IMG/VR virus record: IMGVR_UViG_3300020034_000009
Coordinates: 7,436-71,435 of that record
Origin: a virus
Strand: one strand, 5' to 3'
Length of the DNA stretch: 64,000 nucleotides
Positions 31,820 through 42,125 of this stretch are shown piece by piece. The notes beneath the pieces are model-generated. The model had not been told where the DNA came from. It was given only the letters and a program-made list of their open reading frames with translations, and did no database searches. The position numbers and the translations under genes were made by a program. Numbering within the stretch: position 1 is the first letter of the stretch; every line of letters starts with the position of its first letter.

Positions 31820-33376
31820 TTAGAATGCTGGTTCTTCTTCAATCAGCACACATCTAGACAAATCTTCGACAAATACATCATACCTGTCATCCATAAAGAT
31901 TGTGTATGCATCCAGCTTCTGTCCTGCACTATGCCCCTTAGAGGCTGCAAAACCAAGGTGATGTCTACGACCATCAATATAACCCCAAGTCATAGAAGGT
32001 CTTCCCTCCATTCTAACTTCTCTGATGTTACCCTTAAGGCTACCATCACCATCAGGAGATACATCAAACACCATATAAATAGGTGTAGATTTCAGGTTCT
32101 GACCATACTGTGTTGAGTTCTGTGGCAAATCAAGTTCTCTCAAGTGGGACAATGTAATCTCACCAGTTTCCCTTGTAACCATTCCAGAGAATGCATAGTC
32201 AAGAACCAAGTTCTGACCGGAGCCTCTGATGAACCTATTACCCTCTCCAACATTAAAGCTGAAGCTAGAGTTGTTGAAAGCTTCGGTTTTCACAGCTTCT
32301 GAGAACTGATCCCATCCGGCTTCATTTGTGAAAATCCTAACTCTACGTCTGGAAATATCTACTCTCCTGTAGAACAAGTCACCAAATACTGTCCTAAAGA
32401 TAGTAGGTGTGAAGCTTCCTCTTGGATAAGAAAGATAGTTACCGTTATATTTCATCCTGTAGTATACACCAGCAGAAATCTTTTTAACTTCTTGTTTAGT
32501 TCCCCTTTCCTTTGCAGTACCGGGTTTTGCCCAAATCATCCTACCAACCTTCATGGAAAGCAACATAATTTTCAGCTGAGCTTCAACAAATGGTTCCCAT
32601 TTCACCATCGACTTAGTGATTGGGGTTTCGTTAGTTCTCCTGTTAACATACATGATAAGGTCAAGAGGATTGCCTGTTTGAGCATCTCTCAAAGTCCTAT
32701 CATCAGCCCAACCAGTAATGCTATGCTCAGCACCAAGACCTGATCCAAGTGATTCATACATAGTGTACTTATCACCAAAACCTGGGAGTCCCGGTAAATC
32801 CTGAGTAAACTCACCTGTTGTAATGTTGATCACTTCATATTCAACACCTACATTCAACCATCTCTTATCTACGAAATCTGTAGCAGGGTTAAGGGTGACA
32901 AGGGTGAGGGTATAAAGCCATCCACTATTATAAACTTCAGCTTCTTTGACAATTACAAATTGCTGACCATACATCTTATCAGCTGTGATAATCTGATTGA
33001 TGGAGAAATCCTGCTTGTCAAAAACAAGTTGGAAAGTCTGTTCATCAATACCGATTCTAGCTTGATTATAAGTATCTGCTGGTACTGCAACAAGTTTAGG
33101 CTGTCTGTAAGGAGCCTGAATGTCATACTGGAAAGCATCAGTGTTCCCCTTAATAAGGAAAGGAGTACTGTCATTCAGCATGGTCAAGAAGTCATTGGCA
33201 TACAATGAACTCTGTGTGTAGAGAGTAATAAGTTTCTTGTCGTAATCAGCAGGAGCTTCACTATGAAGTGATTCCAAGTGATTGGTGTCAGTGAACCTAC
33301 CTATAGCTCTTTGATCTAGAGATGATACTCTGGCGTACTGAAATCCGGTAAATCCGGGAAGGGTGTTTAAAGCCAT
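31820..33376 (-). CDS. Major capsid protein (crAss-like)
   Basis: 518 aa; FTDTNHL N-terminal motif and C-terminal VFVEDLSRC; follows portal and scaffold. Confidence 0.85.
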   Translation of the reverse strand: MALNTLPGFTGFQYARVSSLDQRAIGRFTDTNHLESLHSEAPADYDKKLITLYTQSSLYANDFLTMLNDSTPFLIKGNTDAFQYDIQAPYRQPKLVAVPADTYNQARIGIDEQTFQLVFDKQDFSINQIITADKMYGQQFVIVKEAEVYNSGWLYTLTLVTLNPATDFVDKRWLNVGVEYEVINITTGEFTQDLPGLPGFGDKYTMYESLGSGLGAEHSITGWADDRTLRDAQTGNPLDLIMYVNRRTNETPITKSMVKWEPFVEAQLKIMLLSMKVGRMIWAKPGTAKERGTKQEVKKISAGVYYRMKYNGNYLSYPRGSFTPTIFRTVFGDLFYRRVDISRRRVRIFTNEAGWDQFSEAVKTEAFNNSSFSFNVGEGNRFIRGSGQNLVLDYAFSGMVTRETGEITLSHLRELDLPQNSTQYGQNLKSTPIYMVFDVSPDGDGSLKGNIREVRMEGRPSMTWGYIDGRRHHLGFAASKGHSAGQKLDAYTIFMDDRYDVFVEDLSRCVLIEEEPAF

Positions 33377-33410
33377 TTTCTTTTTTCTTTTTTAGAAACT
33401 ATTAGTTCGT

Positions 33411-34643
33411 TTATTTAGTCCATGACCATGCAGAGGACTGTTGTTTATTTGGGTCTTCTTTTTTACTTGTTGTTTTCAGTCCAGCTTTTTTAACAGCTTG
33501 AAATGCTTCCTTGTTTTCAATAGAAACTGTTTTCTTCTTAAACTTAGAGAGAGTGGGATCAGTCTTTAACATCTTCAGTAACATAGCCAATTTCACTTTC
33601 ATTGGGAAATTTTCCGGTCTCTGAAGTTCTAGTATTTCCTTATCGAACTCTGTAATTCTAGTTCCGTCATTTAACGCAAACCCTTCATTTGTCAGCATCT
33701 TATTCACTTCAGAAGCAAATGCCTGATCTACAGGTATACCATCAAATTCCTTAGTAGTGATCTTCTCATTCAGGATTTTAGCAACTTCAGATGTATAATG
33801 CTTCTTAGCCGCATCCTTCCTAGCTATATCCTGTTGTTTCTTAGCAGTTGTTTCAGCCAGAGCATCTTGTTCTCTTTTAACGAGGATAGCTTTTGCTTCT
33901 GTAGCTTCTTCTTCTAAGTCTGAGTAGTCTTTAAGTCTCTGAATTTTCTTATTAATATATTCAGTACTACGTTTTTCACTTCTTAATAGTTCCCTTACAA
34001 TTTTCTCCTGATTGGTTTCTTCAGTTAAATCTATAGAACTAATGTCCTTTATAGCTGAATACCTCTGGAAGTAATCTTCAGGTTCTATGCCAGATACAAA
34101 TACGTTTTCAAAGAATTCAACCTTATCAGGTCCAAACCTTGAAAGAAACTGTTGGAGGTAGTTTTCAGCGTGTTTATACACTTCGCTATCAAACCTTGCT
34201 ACAAAATCCTCTGGAGTAGAAATCTTAATGTCTTCTTCTCCTTCATCCTTTGTAAACCTTCCTAGGTTAAACAAGTCCTCAGAAAATACTTCATAGAGAT
34301 TTACATCTTCTTTGTTATCGTCAGGCTTACTGTCATCAGTTTTGTTGTCTTCATTTCCTTCTTCATCACCCTCTTTCTTTTCTTCTCCGTCATCTAGAAA
34401 CTCATCAAGTTCATTCTTGTCAAGTTCTTGTTTAGGTTCAATAACAGTCTTAGGTTCTGTTTCTACAGTAACTTCTTTCTTAATAGCTGGCTCTTCCTTT
34501 TTAGGAGGAGTAGCAGGAGTAGAGGCAGGTTTAATCTCATTAGGGTCAGAGGATAAGAAGTTATCTAGTTCCTCACCACTAATAGTACTAGGAGACTCAA
34601 TTCCCGATAAGGCGTTTCTGAAGTCAAATGGACTATCTGGCAT
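33411..34643 (-). CDS. Capsid scaffolding protein
   Basis: Acidic low-complexity N-terminus plus coiled coil, between portal and MCP. Confidence 0.7.
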   Translation of the reverse strand: MPDSPFDFRNALSGIESPSTISGEELDNFLSSDPNEIKPASTPATPPKKEEPAIKKEVTVETEPKTVIEPKQELDKNELDEFLDDGEEKKEGDEEGNEDNKTDDSKPDDNKEDVNLYEVFSEDLFNLGRFTKDEGEEDIKISTPEDFVARFDSEVYKHAENYLQQFLSRFGPDKVEFFENVFVSGIEPEDYFQRYSAIKDISSIDLTEETNQEKIVRELLRSEKRSTEYINKKIQRLKDYSDLEEEATEAKAILVKREQDALAETTAKKQQDIARKDAAKKHYTSEVAKILNEKITTKEFDGIPVDQAFASEVNKMLTNEGFALNDGTRITEFDKEILELQRPENFPMKVKLAMLLKMLKTDPTLSKFKKKTVSIENKEAFQAVKKAGLKTTSKKEDPNKQQSSAWSWTK

Positions 34644-34669
34644 ATGTAGTTTTTTATCAGTTTGTTATG

Positions 34670-34700
34670 TAAAAATATACTAAGTTAAGTTAATGGCAAA
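34670..34700 (-). promoter_or_regulatory. Bacteroidota-type promoter for scaffold/MCP operon
   Basis: TTTG-19nt-TATTTTTA. Confidence 0.55.
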
Positions 34701-34743
34701 GGATTAAGGGGTTAAAAGGGTCTTTTTCGTCCTTAATATAGCA

Positions 34744-35082
34744 TTAGTCATCGTCATCCTCAGAATCTTTTCCATCATCTTCGTTAATTTCTCCCTCTTT
34801 AGACTCATCTAGGTCCAAAACAAGGTCTTCCTCATACTCATCTACCCATTTCTTATGGACACTGGCATAGGGCTCGTCTATTAACACCTTCTCAAAAACG
34901 GTTTCTATAATAGTCTTAGTAGATGTATATTTAATAATAGTAATAATATCTTCGGTCCTCATAGTAATCATCCTATACACCCACTTGGCATTCTGTGGGG
35001 GTATACCTAATTCCAGTCTCTCATTTTCCATATCTGACTCTGACATGAGAAACACTTTAGCCTTTAGTTGGATAAGTCCCAT
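34744..35082 (-). CDS. Hypothetical protein with acidic tail
   Basis: 112-aa ORF translationally coupled to portal. Confidence 0.65.
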   Translation of the reverse strand: MGLIQLKAKVFLMSESDMENERLELGIPPQNAKWVYRMITMRTEDIITIIKYTSTKTIIETVFEKVLIDEPYASVHKKWVDEYEEDLVLDLDESKEGEINEDDGKDSEDDDD

Positions 35083-37667
35083 TATTTCTTTTTAGCTGGT
35101 TTTTTTGGTTTATTGCTGGCATTAATCCTAGCTACCTTCTCATCATTAGTCATTTGCTCCCTTTCTACTTTAATCTTTTCCCTCTCTAAGTCATTCTTAC
35201 TTAATAGTTCCTGTTGCTTCATAGCCAGTTCTTGTTGTTTCAGTTGAGTGGCTGTTCTATGCTGATCCTGTTCCATACCAAGCCTAGAAGCTTCCAATAC
35301 ATCAGGTATAGAGTTAGAATTAGTATCCTCACTCTCAACCTGTCCAAAGCCAGTTGCAGTAATAATAGCCTTTCTCTCATTAGAAAGTCTATCCAGAGCT
35401 TTCTCCTGAGAAGACCAAACTCTTTCTTTTTCCTTTTCTTCAGCCTGAGCTTGGATTTGAGCAGCCACTCCCTGTTGCTGGCCCTCCATTTCCTGCTGTT
35501 GCATTTGTTGTTGCTGGGCAGCAAAGGCTTCTTGCTTCTCCTTAAGACTTTTAAATATATCCCTCATTTGTCTAATACTACTAGTAGCATACAATGTTGA
35601 AACATCATATACACTGGCTCCATTTTGAAGCATAGCTTGAGCCAATTGACGCAATTCTTGGAATTTCCTTTCATCCTCAGCTCTAGATGTAACATAAAGC
35701 TTAAGCTTCCTCATAGAAAGCTCATCAGTATTAATACGCATAAAGGATTGCTCTCCCTGAGTATTAACATATGATAGTGTGGAGTCAGGTTTCTTTAGAG
35801 CCATATACTGAGCAGCATCTATTATCCCCTGATATACCTGATTCATAAAATACTCTTGCTGAGCAAAATATGGTTCTGTTTGAGCATAACTTTGTGTAAG
35901 TTCAGTTTGAGTAGCTGTAGCAGTTTGGGTTGCAGCTATGGCGCTAGTTCTGGCTGGTGATATACCAACAAGAGCCCAAGCCTCCAGTTTCACTTGTAAT
36001 GCAAGTTCCCATCTGGTTCTGATTTCCTCACTACGTCTCAAGTCCAACGCTTTATAGTTAAATAGACCTTGAGGACCACCCTTGAGGTTTTCAGGACTAT
36101 CATCTGCATAAACAGTACCTCTAGCTCTCATCTCCTGCTCCATTATATCTACAGCATCAGAGCCATCACTATCCTTAGACATAGGGATAGTTCTAAGAGA
36201 ACTTAAATACACCATACCATATTCCTTCTCTAACAGCTTGAATATCTGATTCATACAGATATTATAGATAGTCTGGAAGTATTTAAGCATATCAAGGAAG
36301 CTTTTCACTTCACTGGTATTCTTAGCCTCATGTACTACACCAAACAATGGGCAATAGTCTAGAAGCTTGAAGGGCTCCATGTGGTAGATTTCTGAGCCTA
36401 TGCGGAGTAGCTTATACCACTGGTTTACATATTCCCATTCAACACTCACTTCATTGGGTATCTTCTGGTAGCTATCATCTACATATGTGGTTTGTTCCAC
36501 ACCTTCTTCGTCAATATATGTTAATAGTCCTATTTTGGTCTTACCCAAATAGTATCCTTGGAGAACAGTAAATTTGTTATCAAAGCTATTAGCATTAGCT
36601 GGATGTTTACCTAGGTAGGCATTGGCAAGTGTCTGGTTTCCCATAAACTGTCCATCAGTAATAAGCTTATCCTCTACTACTCCTTCGTGATATGTATCAT
36701 ATTTGAAACTGGCGTCCCCAGTTAAGTTAGTATGTAAGTTGGATTTTCTACCCACCATATTAGGATACTCGTTACTAAGCTTCCTTAAATGATCTATTTC
36801 TTCCTTAGGTAGTTCAAAGTTCTGGATGATTTCAGAGATTTCCATAACATCCAGTATACCAGCAGCCCAAGCTCCATCATTTCTTCCAGAGGGATCAGAC
36901 AAGTATTTAGAGTCATCAGACATGAGTTTCCATATCTTAACTGGATTCACTTCCTCTACAGCAAAACCTATATCAGTCCTATTCTCTTTAATATGCATAC
37001 CATTTCTGGCTACATATAAGAAGTCCCTCATAGTTTCCTCATTCTTCTCCTTCATGTTGAATTCTAGCTTAGACCACTCAAGGATTTTGCTAGACCATCT
37101 CTCAGCCATGGATGTGTAGTCAGTAATGTATTCTGCTACTTCCTCTAGGGTCATTCTATCCACTTCTTCATCTGAAGGTTGTTCCCCACCCTCTTGAGCT
37201 ATAGACATAAGGATTTTATCCTTTGCTGTCTGGAGGATATATTTCTGCATTATCTGAGTCCTATACTGAAGTTCTTCATTCTTGGACTGCTCATCAATAG
37301 CTTTGATCTTAGTGAAGTCTGGTCTTTTACCCAGTTCACCTATCATAGTGGAAATAGGAGGATTAAGGATTGAGTAATGTTTAACATGTTCAGGCAAATC
37401 TACCTCTTTAAGTAACATATCAATAAAGTCCTTAGCATCATCATTAGCTGACATGAAGAAGTCCTCTTTACGTAAAATACCCTTAGCTAGGTTATAGTTA
37501 TGGGCAAATGTATTAGTATTGTTATGTACTTGTGAGTGGGCTATATTACCATAGTAATCACATAGCTGCTTAATATAAGCTTTTCCAGTCTTCTCTTTCT
37601 CAGGAACAAATAAGTCTGGTACAAACCTACTATCAATATCAGGGTAATCCGTCTTAGTTATTATCAT
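35082..37667 (-). CDS. Portal protein
   Basis: 861 aa after TerL; HYSILNPPI..MIGE; Q-rich C-terminal barrel. Confidence 0.85.
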   Translation of the reverse strand: MIITKTDYPDIDSRFVPDLFVPEKEKTGKAYIKQLCDYYGNIAHSQVHNNTNTFAHNYNLAKGILRKEDFFMSANDDAKDFIDMLLKEVDLPEHVKHYSILNPPISTMIGELGKRPDFTKIKAIDEQSKNEELQYRTQIMQKYILQTAKDKILMSIAQEGGEQPSDEEVDRMTLEEVAEYITDYTSMAERWSSKILEWSKLEFNMKEKNEETMRDFLYVARNGMHIKENRTDIGFAVEEVNPVKIWKLMSDDSKYLSDPSGRNDGAWAAGILDVMEISEIIQNFELPKEEIDHLRKLSNEYPNMVGRKSNLHTNLTGDASFKYDTYHEGVVEDKLITDGQFMGNQTLANAYLGKHPANANSFDNKFTVLQGYYLGKTKIGLLTYIDEEGVEQTTYVDDSYQKIPNEVSVEWEYVNQWYKLLRIGSEIYHMEPFKLLDYCPLFGVVHEAKNTSEVKSFLDMLKYFQTIYNICMNQIFKLLEKEYGMVYLSSLRTIPMSKDSDGSDAVDIMEQEMRARGTVYADDSPENLKGGPQGLFNYKALDLRRSEEIRTRWELALQVKLEAWALVGISPARTSAIAATQTATATQTELTQSYAQTEPYFAQQEYFMNQVYQGIIDAAQYMALKKPDSTLSYVNTQGEQSFMRINTDELSMRKLKLYVTSRAEDERKFQELRQLAQAMLQNGASVYDVSTLYATSSIRQMRDIFKSLKEKQEAFAAQQQQMQQQEMEGQQQGVAAQIQAQAEEKEKERVWSSQEKALDRLSNERKAIITATGFGQVESEDTNSNSIPDVLEASRLGMEQDQHRTATQLKQQELAMKQQELLSKNDLEREKIKVEREQMTNDEKVARINASNKPKKPAKKK

Positions 37668-37668
37668 T

Positions 37669-39783
37669 TTATGTGAATAGTTTTATCCTACCCTTTCTTT
37701 TATTGGAAGGTATTATTAATGTTGCACCACCCCCTACTATACTGAGGGATACTCCTGATTTGTAATGTTTATATAATCCCGATATTCTAGGGTCTGTGGA
37801 AGAAGTAAGTTTCCCTATTTTTCCATCTAGTGCTTCTGCCATAGCAAATGCTAAGGAAGCAGCTATCACCCTATCAAAGTTATCTACGTCATTGAATTTG
37901 ATGATTTCCTCTAGGAGCATAGGATCAAATATTCTATTAACACCCAATACTTCTCCTGTTACAGAGCCATTCTCATCCTTCATCTGTAGAATCACTTCTT
38001 CCATATACCTCTTAACACAACCATTAAGCCAATCTCTCACCTTCTCACTACTTCTATGGACACCAAAATCCTTACTAACAGTTGTAGTAGGGACTATTTC
38101 ACGTAGCCATGCTGGTTGAGGCTCTAGATAGTGAGTATCATTCTTCTTCTTCATGTACTCTATGAATGAGATTTCATCATTCTCTACCAGAGTTCTGGCA
38201 TTGTACATTTTTATTAATAGTCTAGCCTGTTCATTCCACTCATCCTTCTTCTTGGGTCTCCCAACATAAGAGGCTACAATCATGTTCTGATACTTCTCTC
38301 CTATAAGACTATGTTGCCTTTTGAGGATGTAGACAGCTCCCAAGGAGTCTGAACTCTTAGCATCTGCATCCCTGTAACTATCCACACCTGCTACATATAA
38401 GTTAGCTGGAGGATTTTCACTAGGCCACTCATATATCACTACTGGTGTATCTGTAGACTGATCCTTTACAGGAAATTGGGTAACAGGTAGCTTATCAGTA
38501 AACTCATGAGCAATTTTTTCTCCATCATGGAATAGTCTAACATAAGTACCAGTTTTACCTAGAGCTGTTAATTTCTTTAATTGCTGCTTAGCTAAGTCTG
38601 TATCAAAGATATTACCCTCAACCATTAAAAAGCTATCTGAAGGAACTAAAGGCCAATAGGCTTTAAACTTCAGAATAGTCTTACTGTTTCCAGAGGATTT
38701 AGCTTTAGCAAACTCAGGTTCCCACCATTCCTTAAGAGCCCTTTCCTCATTAGATACAAGGATGGTAATTTTCTCTAGGTCTGGATGATGTATGCCTAAG
38801 TAGTCTGCAAGGGTTTGTTTTTCCTTAAAAGCCATCTTAGCCATAGTAGCAGGAATAAACCTACCAATTTTTTTAGGAATCTCTTCCCATGTGTTATCAA
38901 AGGATAACATGTTATAACCATCTGGTGTGCAAAACACTTCAGCAGCTTCCTTACCCTTTTCCATGTCTCCACCAGTTCCAGTTACCATAACCAGACAGGA
39001 AGGCTTAGTACCTCCACCTGACCACCAGCAACCATCACTATCCTTAATACAACCAATGAGGTTAGGGATAGTCCCTTCCTCATCTATTAAGTGGAATCCC
39101 GGTCTAGTACCATTAGCAGCCATGGTATTAGTACCATCCTGATAATTACGCACTAGGATTCTAGAGTTAGAACTTTTAGGATGTGCTAGCCCTGAAGTTT
39201 TTTCCTTCCAGCCAGCCCTAATTTCCTTTTTCCAATCACTCATCAATCTCTTCTTCTGAAGCATTGGATGAATATTAGTAAGGCCATCCTCAATCTTATC
39301 AGTAGCCAGCTTAATATAAGTGGCAGCACCTCCAGATATGACAGACTCTGAGTTACTAAACAGAGTGTATTGCCAACCAGCTCTAGAGGCAGCAATGATA
39401 GATTTACCAAAGTCACGACTTCCCACTAGGTTGTAGAACTTGCCCTGATCATCACAGGCTACGAAGTCTCCTCCAATAGTCCATTCCAAGTCACGTAGAA
39501 AAGGAGTGGCTATTATTCTAGGTTTTCTCTTTGTCTTAGGGTCTTCTACATACATGGCAATTTTCCAATACACAGTATGCCAATAAAGCCATCCTGATAT
39601 ATGCACTCTGTCATCAGCTAGATAGAAGCCATTACGCATTCTATTTAGTTCTCGTTTCCAATAGTTATTAAACCTAACTACACCAGCCTCATCTGTAGGA
39701 TCATAGACTGGTTCTTTTTGTTCTGGAAACCAGATGTTTACGGTTTGTTGGGTATAGTCGTTAGTTGATGCTATCATCTTCAA
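37669..39783 (-). CDS. terL: Terminase large subunit
   Basis: Walker A SRDFGKS, Walker B LIDEEG, TGTGG; nuclease motifs AGVDSY, LVEN and NFDRV. Confidence 0.92.
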   Translation of the reverse strand: MKMIASTNDYTQQTVNIWFPEQKEPVYDPTDEAGVVRFNNYWKRELNRMRNGFYLADDRVHISGWLYWHTVYWKIAMYVEDPKTKRKPRIIATPFLRDLEWTIGGDFVACDDQGKFYNLVGSRDFGKSIIAASRAGWQYTLFSNSESVISGGAATYIKLATDKIEDGLTNIHPMLQKKRLMSDWKKEIRAGWKEKTSGLAHPKSSNSRILVRNYQDGTNTMAANGTRPGFHLIDEEGTIPNLIGCIKDSDGCWWSGGGTKPSCLVMVTGTGGDMEKGKEAAEVFCTPDGYNMLSFDNTWEEIPKKIGRFIPATMAKMAFKEKQTLADYLGIHHPDLEKITILVSNEERALKEWWEPEFAKAKSSGNSKTILKFKAYWPLVPSDSFLMVEGNIFDTDLAKQQLKKLTALGKTGTYVRLFHDGEKIAHEFTDKLPVTQFPVKDQSTDTPVVIYEWPSENPPANLYVAGVDSYRDADAKSSDSLGAVYILKRQHSLIGEKYQNMIVASYVGRPKKKDEWNEQARLLIKMYNARTLVENDEISFIEYMKKKNDTHYLEPQPAWLREIVPTTTVSKDFGVHRSSEKVRDWLNGCVKRYMEEVILQMKDENGSVTGEVLGVNRIFDPMLLEEIIKFNDVDNFDRVIAASLAFAMAEALDGKIGKLTSSTDPRISGLYKHYKSGVSLSIVGGGATLIIPSNKRKGRIKLFT

Positions 39784-40084
39784 ATGGTGTCAAGCCTTCA
39801 TTTCCTCTGGCCTGCATCTTTTTCTTTTCCTCTCCTTCTCTGAGAGTGTTTACTGTAGCCAAAAGGCTTAAATAGTTTTTCATTGTTTCTTGTAAGAACT
39901 TACCCTGTACTTCAACAGTAGCAACCACAGAACTAAAAGAGCCTCCAGTTTTACTGCTCTTCATTTCTGTCCTGTCCACTAGAGTAGCTAATGGATGAGC
40001 ATCTACATACTCTTTCCACTGTTCTAGTTGTGATTCGGCCCATTCAAGTTCATCAGTGATGAAGTTATTTGTCTTCCGTGCCAT
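39761..40084 (-). CDS. Hypothetical, possible terminase small subunit
   Basis: 107 aa overlapping the TerL start; helical; ends ARGN..LTPFE. Confidence 0.45.
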   Translation of the reverse strand: MARKTNNFITDELEWAESQLEQWKEYVDAHPLATLVDRTEMKSSKTGGSFSSVVATVEVQGKFLQETMKNYLSLLATVNTLREGEEKKKMQARGNEGLTPFEDDSIN

Positions 40085-40085
40085 G

Positions 40086-40307
40086 TTAGAATTCGTCTTT
40101 TGGTATGGGTATTCCCATAAATAAATAATCTTTAAAGGTATCTAACCTATAATTAACAGATTTGAGTTCTTTAAATTTTCCCTTAAATTTCCTGATTAGA
40201 TTTATAACCTCTAACTCAAGCTCATTGTCCTCTAATTCCTTTAGAGATAGATTTAAATAGCTGTTAGCTATAAGCTCTTGGGTAGGTCTACTGTCTAAAG
40301 TTACCAT
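40086..40307 (-). CDS. Hypothetical protein
   Basis: 73-aa packed ORF. Confidence 0.55.
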   Translation of the reverse strand: MVTLDSRPTQELIANSYLNLSLKELEDNELELEVINLIRKFKGKFKELKSVNYRLDTFKDYLFMGIPIPKDEF

Positions 40308-40336
40308 AATGTAGTTGTTTGTTAGTTACCTAACAT

Positions 40337-40603
40337 TTAATAGTCATCCTCTTCATCACCAATCCTTAAATCTACTGCATCAGCTATAATAGCTTCAATA
40401 GAGGGTTCAGGTTGGGTGTCATATTGAAGAGTATCACTATATTTTTTAATTGCCTCATAAAGGCTTTTATCATTCATAGACCAAATGTTTCCATATTCAT
40501 CTGTGGCTGTAGAAATGTGCTTACCCATATTATATGTAGGGTGTTGCTTATGCAATTCCGTCAGTAGCTTTAGGGTTTCGGTATAATAGTTTTTCTTTGC
40601 CAT
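40337..40603 (-). CDS. Hypothetical protein
   Basis: 88-aa packed ORF. Confidence 0.65.
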   Translation of the reverse strand: MAKKNYYTETLKLLTELHKQHPTYNMGKHISTATDEYGNIWSMNDKSLYEAIKKYSDTLQYDTQPEPSIEAIIADAVDLRIGDEEDDY

Positions 40604-40606
40604 ATC

Positions 40607-40825
40607 TTAAAGAATAAGTCCTGTCAATTCTGCTTTCACTTTCTGTGTCATTTCTCCAGCTTCTCTAGCTATATTTTCTATAATGCCATTTTCAATTTCT
40701 AAAAGAATTTTGATAAAGCCATTAATAGTTTTAATATTATCTTGATTTACATTAGTAGTAGAGATAAGCTGTCCATAGAATGTTAAAGCACTGTTTAACC
40801 TATCTAGTAATTTGTACTGATCCAT
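40607..40825 (-). CDS. Hypothetical protein
   Basis: 72-aa packed ORF. Confidence 0.6.
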   Translation of the reverse strand: MDQYKLLDRLNSALTFYGQLISTTNVNQDNIKTINGFIKILLEIENGIIENIAREAGEMTQKVKAELTGLIL

Positions 40826-40846
40826 ATTTAGTTATTCTTTTGGTTT

Positions 40847-41059
40847 TTAAATTACATCATCCGGATTAACATCTGAATCAAGAATATTAATAATAGCAGG
40901 AGAGCCGTCTATAGGAGGATCATTCTCTCTGATATATACAGGTACTACAATAATACCACCTACTTCATCTAAAACTAGGTCCGCTAATCCGGTTCTTAAA
41001 CCACAAGAAGACAAAGCCTGAATTAACTCTATTACTCTTACATTCTTAACTGTTACCAT
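40847..41059 (-). CDS. Hypothetical protein
   Basis: 70-aa packed ORF. Confidence 0.55.
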   Translation of the reverse strand: MVTVKNVRVIELIQALSSCGLRTGLADLVLDEVGGIIVVPVYIRENDPPIDGSPAIINILDSDVNPDDVI

Positions 41060-41333
41060 TTGATGCTTTATTTATTTCGTCTGATTCCTCTTTACTTACT
41101 ACAGGCATCCATTTGTTAATAGGACACTGGCAGTGTAAACATCTTGTCTTTGTGTTAAGCATACAACCACAATGTCCACACTGAGGAGATGCTCCTATTT
41201 TTCTAAAGTACTCACAGTTAACACATATAGACATTCTTTCCTTATGTGTCTCATCTATGATTTGGGCTAAATGAGCTGGAGGAAACATTTGGTTTCTAAG
41301 TCCTTCAGCTAGTCCTTTCCAATCCACTTTCAT
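41046..41333 (-). CDS. Cys-rich metal-binding protein (DUF6171-like)
   Basis: R..ICVNC, QCGHCGC, CQCPINKW. Confidence 0.7.
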   Translation of the reverse strand: MKVDWKGLAEGLRNQMFPPAHLAQIIDETHKERMSICVNCEYFRKIGASPQCGHCGCMLNTKTRCLHCQCPINKWMPVVSKEESDEINKASNGNS

Positions 41334-41679
41334 TCTGTCTCTCTTTTAGTTCAATCAGGTAATCTTCAGCATACTTAAGTCTGCTTTGTAACCCGATTCT
41401 TTTAGTTTCTGATAATTCGGTGTCCTCTAATTTAAGAGTTAGCTTATTAATAAGGGATTCTATTTCTCCTATTTTATTAATAAGCTTTGTAGGGGAAAGC
41501 AAAAACTTACCAAACCAGCTAATTTCTACACTGTTATTAGTCTTAGTAGCTTCTAGTAAATCCTTAAACTGGAAATTAATTACTTTTTCCACAAGCTGTT
41601 CAGGCTTTAAAGTCTTAATAGCTGTTTTAGTTATTAATACTTTCCTAATTTTATCTGCCCTAACAAATTCACTCTCCAT
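41305..41679 (-). CDS. HU/IHF-like DNA-binding protein
   Basis: VEKVINFQF..NSVEISWFGKF. Confidence 0.65.
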   Translation of the reverse strand: MESEFVRADKIRKVLITKTAIKTLKPEQLVEKVINFQFKDLLEATKTNNSVEISWFGKFLLSPTKLINKIGEIESLINKLTLKLEDTELSETKRIGLQSRLKYAEDYLIELKERQNESGLERTS

Positions 41680-42010
41680 TAAGTAATTTTATTTGTAATA
41701 CTATATCGTCACTAAAATCCAAGTCAAGGGTGGGGTCTAATCTATACATCCCATTTGTTTTTATTAATAATCCAATCTTAGCCAACTGACCCTTAAGATT
41801 CTCTATAGAGTCTAATGAGCTATTGAATATTTCTACGAATTCCTGCCTAGCTGGAAGAGGTGTTATAGTTCCTCTTAGAGCTGTAAAGGATAGAAGCTCA
41901 ATCTGTCTTCGGGTAAGTTTCCATCCCATTAAAGCAGAGAGTATGGCAAAGTATCTCATGCCCTTTTCTATTCTATCCTTTATGTTCCTATTTAGTTTCT
42001 GTACAACCAT
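41669..42010 (-). CDS. Putative winged-HTH DNA-binding protein/regulator
   Basis: LTRRQIELL..SIENLKGQLAKIGLLIK..GMYRLDP wHTH-like pattern. Confidence 0.6.
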   Translation of the reverse strand: MVVQKLNRNIKDRIEKGMRYFAILSALMGWKLTRRQIELLSFTALRGTITPLPARQEFVEIFNSSLDSIENLKGQLAKIGLLIKTNGMYRLDPTLDLDFSDDIVLQIKLLNGE

Positions 42011-42017
42011 TGCTAAG

Positions 42018-42047
42018 CAAAGATACGAGTTTTATACATTGTTCAAA
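42018..42047 (-). promoter_or_regulatory. Bacteroidota-type promoter
   Basis: TTTG-18nt-TATCTTTG, 7 nt before ATG 42010. Confidence 0.65.
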
Positions 42048-42079
42048 ATTTTTATACATAATTAATGCTATATTAAGCC

Positions 42080-42106
42080 AAAAAACCTCATTTTATAGAG
42101 GTTTTT
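42080..42106. terminator. Probable (bidirectional) terminator
   Basis: AAAAAACCTC-ATTTTATA-GAGGTTTTT. Confidence 0.55.
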
Positions 42107-42125
42107 CTACAAAATGAGGCTATAA

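Noticed and set aside
37669-39783. Intron or intein in TerL, MCP or portal (common in crAss-like phages)
   Set aside because: Frames are continuous with ordinary lengths, and no intein motifs were recognised
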